A stretch of DNA of 64,000 nucleotides from Synechococcus sp. (GTDB taxonomy: Bacteria; Cyanobacteriota; Cyanobacteriia; PCC-6307; Cyanobiaceae), in assembly GCA_047284725.1 (NCBI GenBank), contig JBJBEO010000001.1, positions 824,203 through 888,202 of the forward strand. Reading direction: 5' to 3'. Under the pieces are notes generated by a model. The model worked only from the letters and a program-made list of their open reading frames with translations, did not search any database and had not been told where the DNA came from. A program made the position numbers and the translations under genes. The stretch's first letter is position 1, and every line of letters starts with the position of its first letter. This document shows, in pieces, positions 63,061 to 64,000 of this stretch.

Positions 63061-64000
63061 TTGCCGGACAACTGGGCTGGCCTCGATGTGTTGGTGCTGG
63101 GGGGCGGACCTGCTGCCCTCTGCATCGCCTCGGAACTGAACCAACGGGGTGTTGCGGTGGGGGGCATCGCCCCAGATCCGGTTGATGCTCCGTGGCCGAA
63201 CACCTACGGCATCTGGGCTGACGAACTGAGGGCGGTGGGTCTCGAGCACCTCCTGGAGCACCGCTGGAGCGACACCGTCAGTTACTTCGGAGAAGGCGGA
63301 TCAACGGCTCAGGATCAGGCCACAGCCCATGGGATTGACTATGGCCTGTTTGATCGCGCGGCCCTGCAGCGGCATTGGCTTGAGCGTGGCAAAGGGGTGG
63401 TGTGGCATCAGGACACCGCTGAACGGGTGGAGGTGCGTGGATCAATGACCACCGTCACCTGCACATCCGGCGACACGTTGACGGCGCGCCTGGTGATCGA
63501 TGCCTCCGGCTCGCGCACGCCCCACATTTCTCGCCCGGATCAGGGTCCGGTGGCGGGTCAGGCGGCCTACGGCGTGGTAGGGCGTTTCTCCCAACCGCCG
63601 ATTGAGGCAGGTCGGTTTGTGTTGATGGACTATCGCTGCGATCACCTCAGCGCAGCGCAGCGCCAGGAACCCCCCACGTTCCTGTATGCGATGGATCTGG
63701 GCGATGGGGTGTTCTTCGTGGAAGAAACCTCACTCGCTTTGGCACCAGGTGTTCCCTACGAGGTGCTCAAGCAACGGCTGCAGCAGCGCTTGCATCAGCG
63801 CGGCGTGGAGATCACCGAGGTGATCCACGAGGAGTTCTGCCTCTTCCCGATGAACCTGCCGCTGCCGGATCGCCGTCAGCCCGTGCTGGCTTTCGGGAGT
63901 GCGGCGAGCATGGTGCATCCCGCCTCCGGTTACATGGTGGGGGCATTGCTGCGGCGCGGTCCTGCCCTGGCCGCAGCTGTCGCCGATGCTCTCGCGAATC
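63061..64000 (+). CDS. crtL: Lycopene beta-cyclase (3'-truncated by window end)
   Basis: Manual translation from TTG 63061: DVLVLGGGPA, WPNTYGIW, LMDYR, PTFLYAM, FFVEETSL, MVHPASGY; absent from the ORF track. Confidence 0.92.
   Translation, partial: MPDNWAGLDVLVLGGGPAALCIASELNQRGVAVGGIAPDPVDAPWPNTYGIWADELRAVGLEHLLEHRWSDTVSYFGEGGSTAQDQATAHGIDYGLFDRAALQRHWLERGKGVVWHQDTAERVEVRGSMTTVTCTSGDTLTARLVIDASGSRTPHISRPDQGPVAGQAAYGVVGRFSQPPIEAGRFVLMDYRCDHLSAAQRQEPPTFLYAMDLGDGVFFVEETSLALAPGVPYEVLKQRLQQRLHQRGVEITEVIHEEFCLFPMNLPLPDRRQPVLAFGSAASMVHPASGYMVGALLRRGPALAAAVADALAN

Noticed and set aside
63049..63074. GGACAACTG repeated at the gyrA end and crtL start
   Set aside because: Only 9 bp with 8 bp between copies; no element is inserted and chance or a trivial duplication explains it.

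Overview
A GC-rich, gene-dense 64-kb segment of a picocyanobacterial chromosome. Gene content and order are typical of marine Synechococcus (psbDC-ycf4, petM, pntAB, dxr, cysS, polA, ychF, chlI, petG, trxA-Yfr1-guaB, gyrA-crtL). Most of it is core genome. There are three accessory patches. (1) 1-8.7 kb, downstream of psbC: the 5' end of a DUF5801-type repeat surface protein that is missing from the ORF track and runs off the window. It is transcribed divergently from a type I secretion operon (two ABC subunits plus HlyD), and BOTH ABC nucleotide-binding domains have lost their catalytic residues. A lipoprotein and a frameshifted YcgJ-like gene follow. (2) 38.35-39.5 kb after ychF: the first 0.7 kb is bounded by a degenerate copy of the ychF 3' end. 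(3) 48.6-51.0 kb between the 5-formyl-THF cyclo-ligase gene and ruvC: small orphan genes and a LexA-like box. Non-coding features are the Yfr1 sRNA, the psbDC terminator and a riboswitch-like alternative-structure element upstream of a putative Ni/Co-uptake gene. I saw no tRNA, rRNA, CRISPR array, transposase or integrase. All calls come from reading motifs by eye; no searches were run, and start codons are best estimates.
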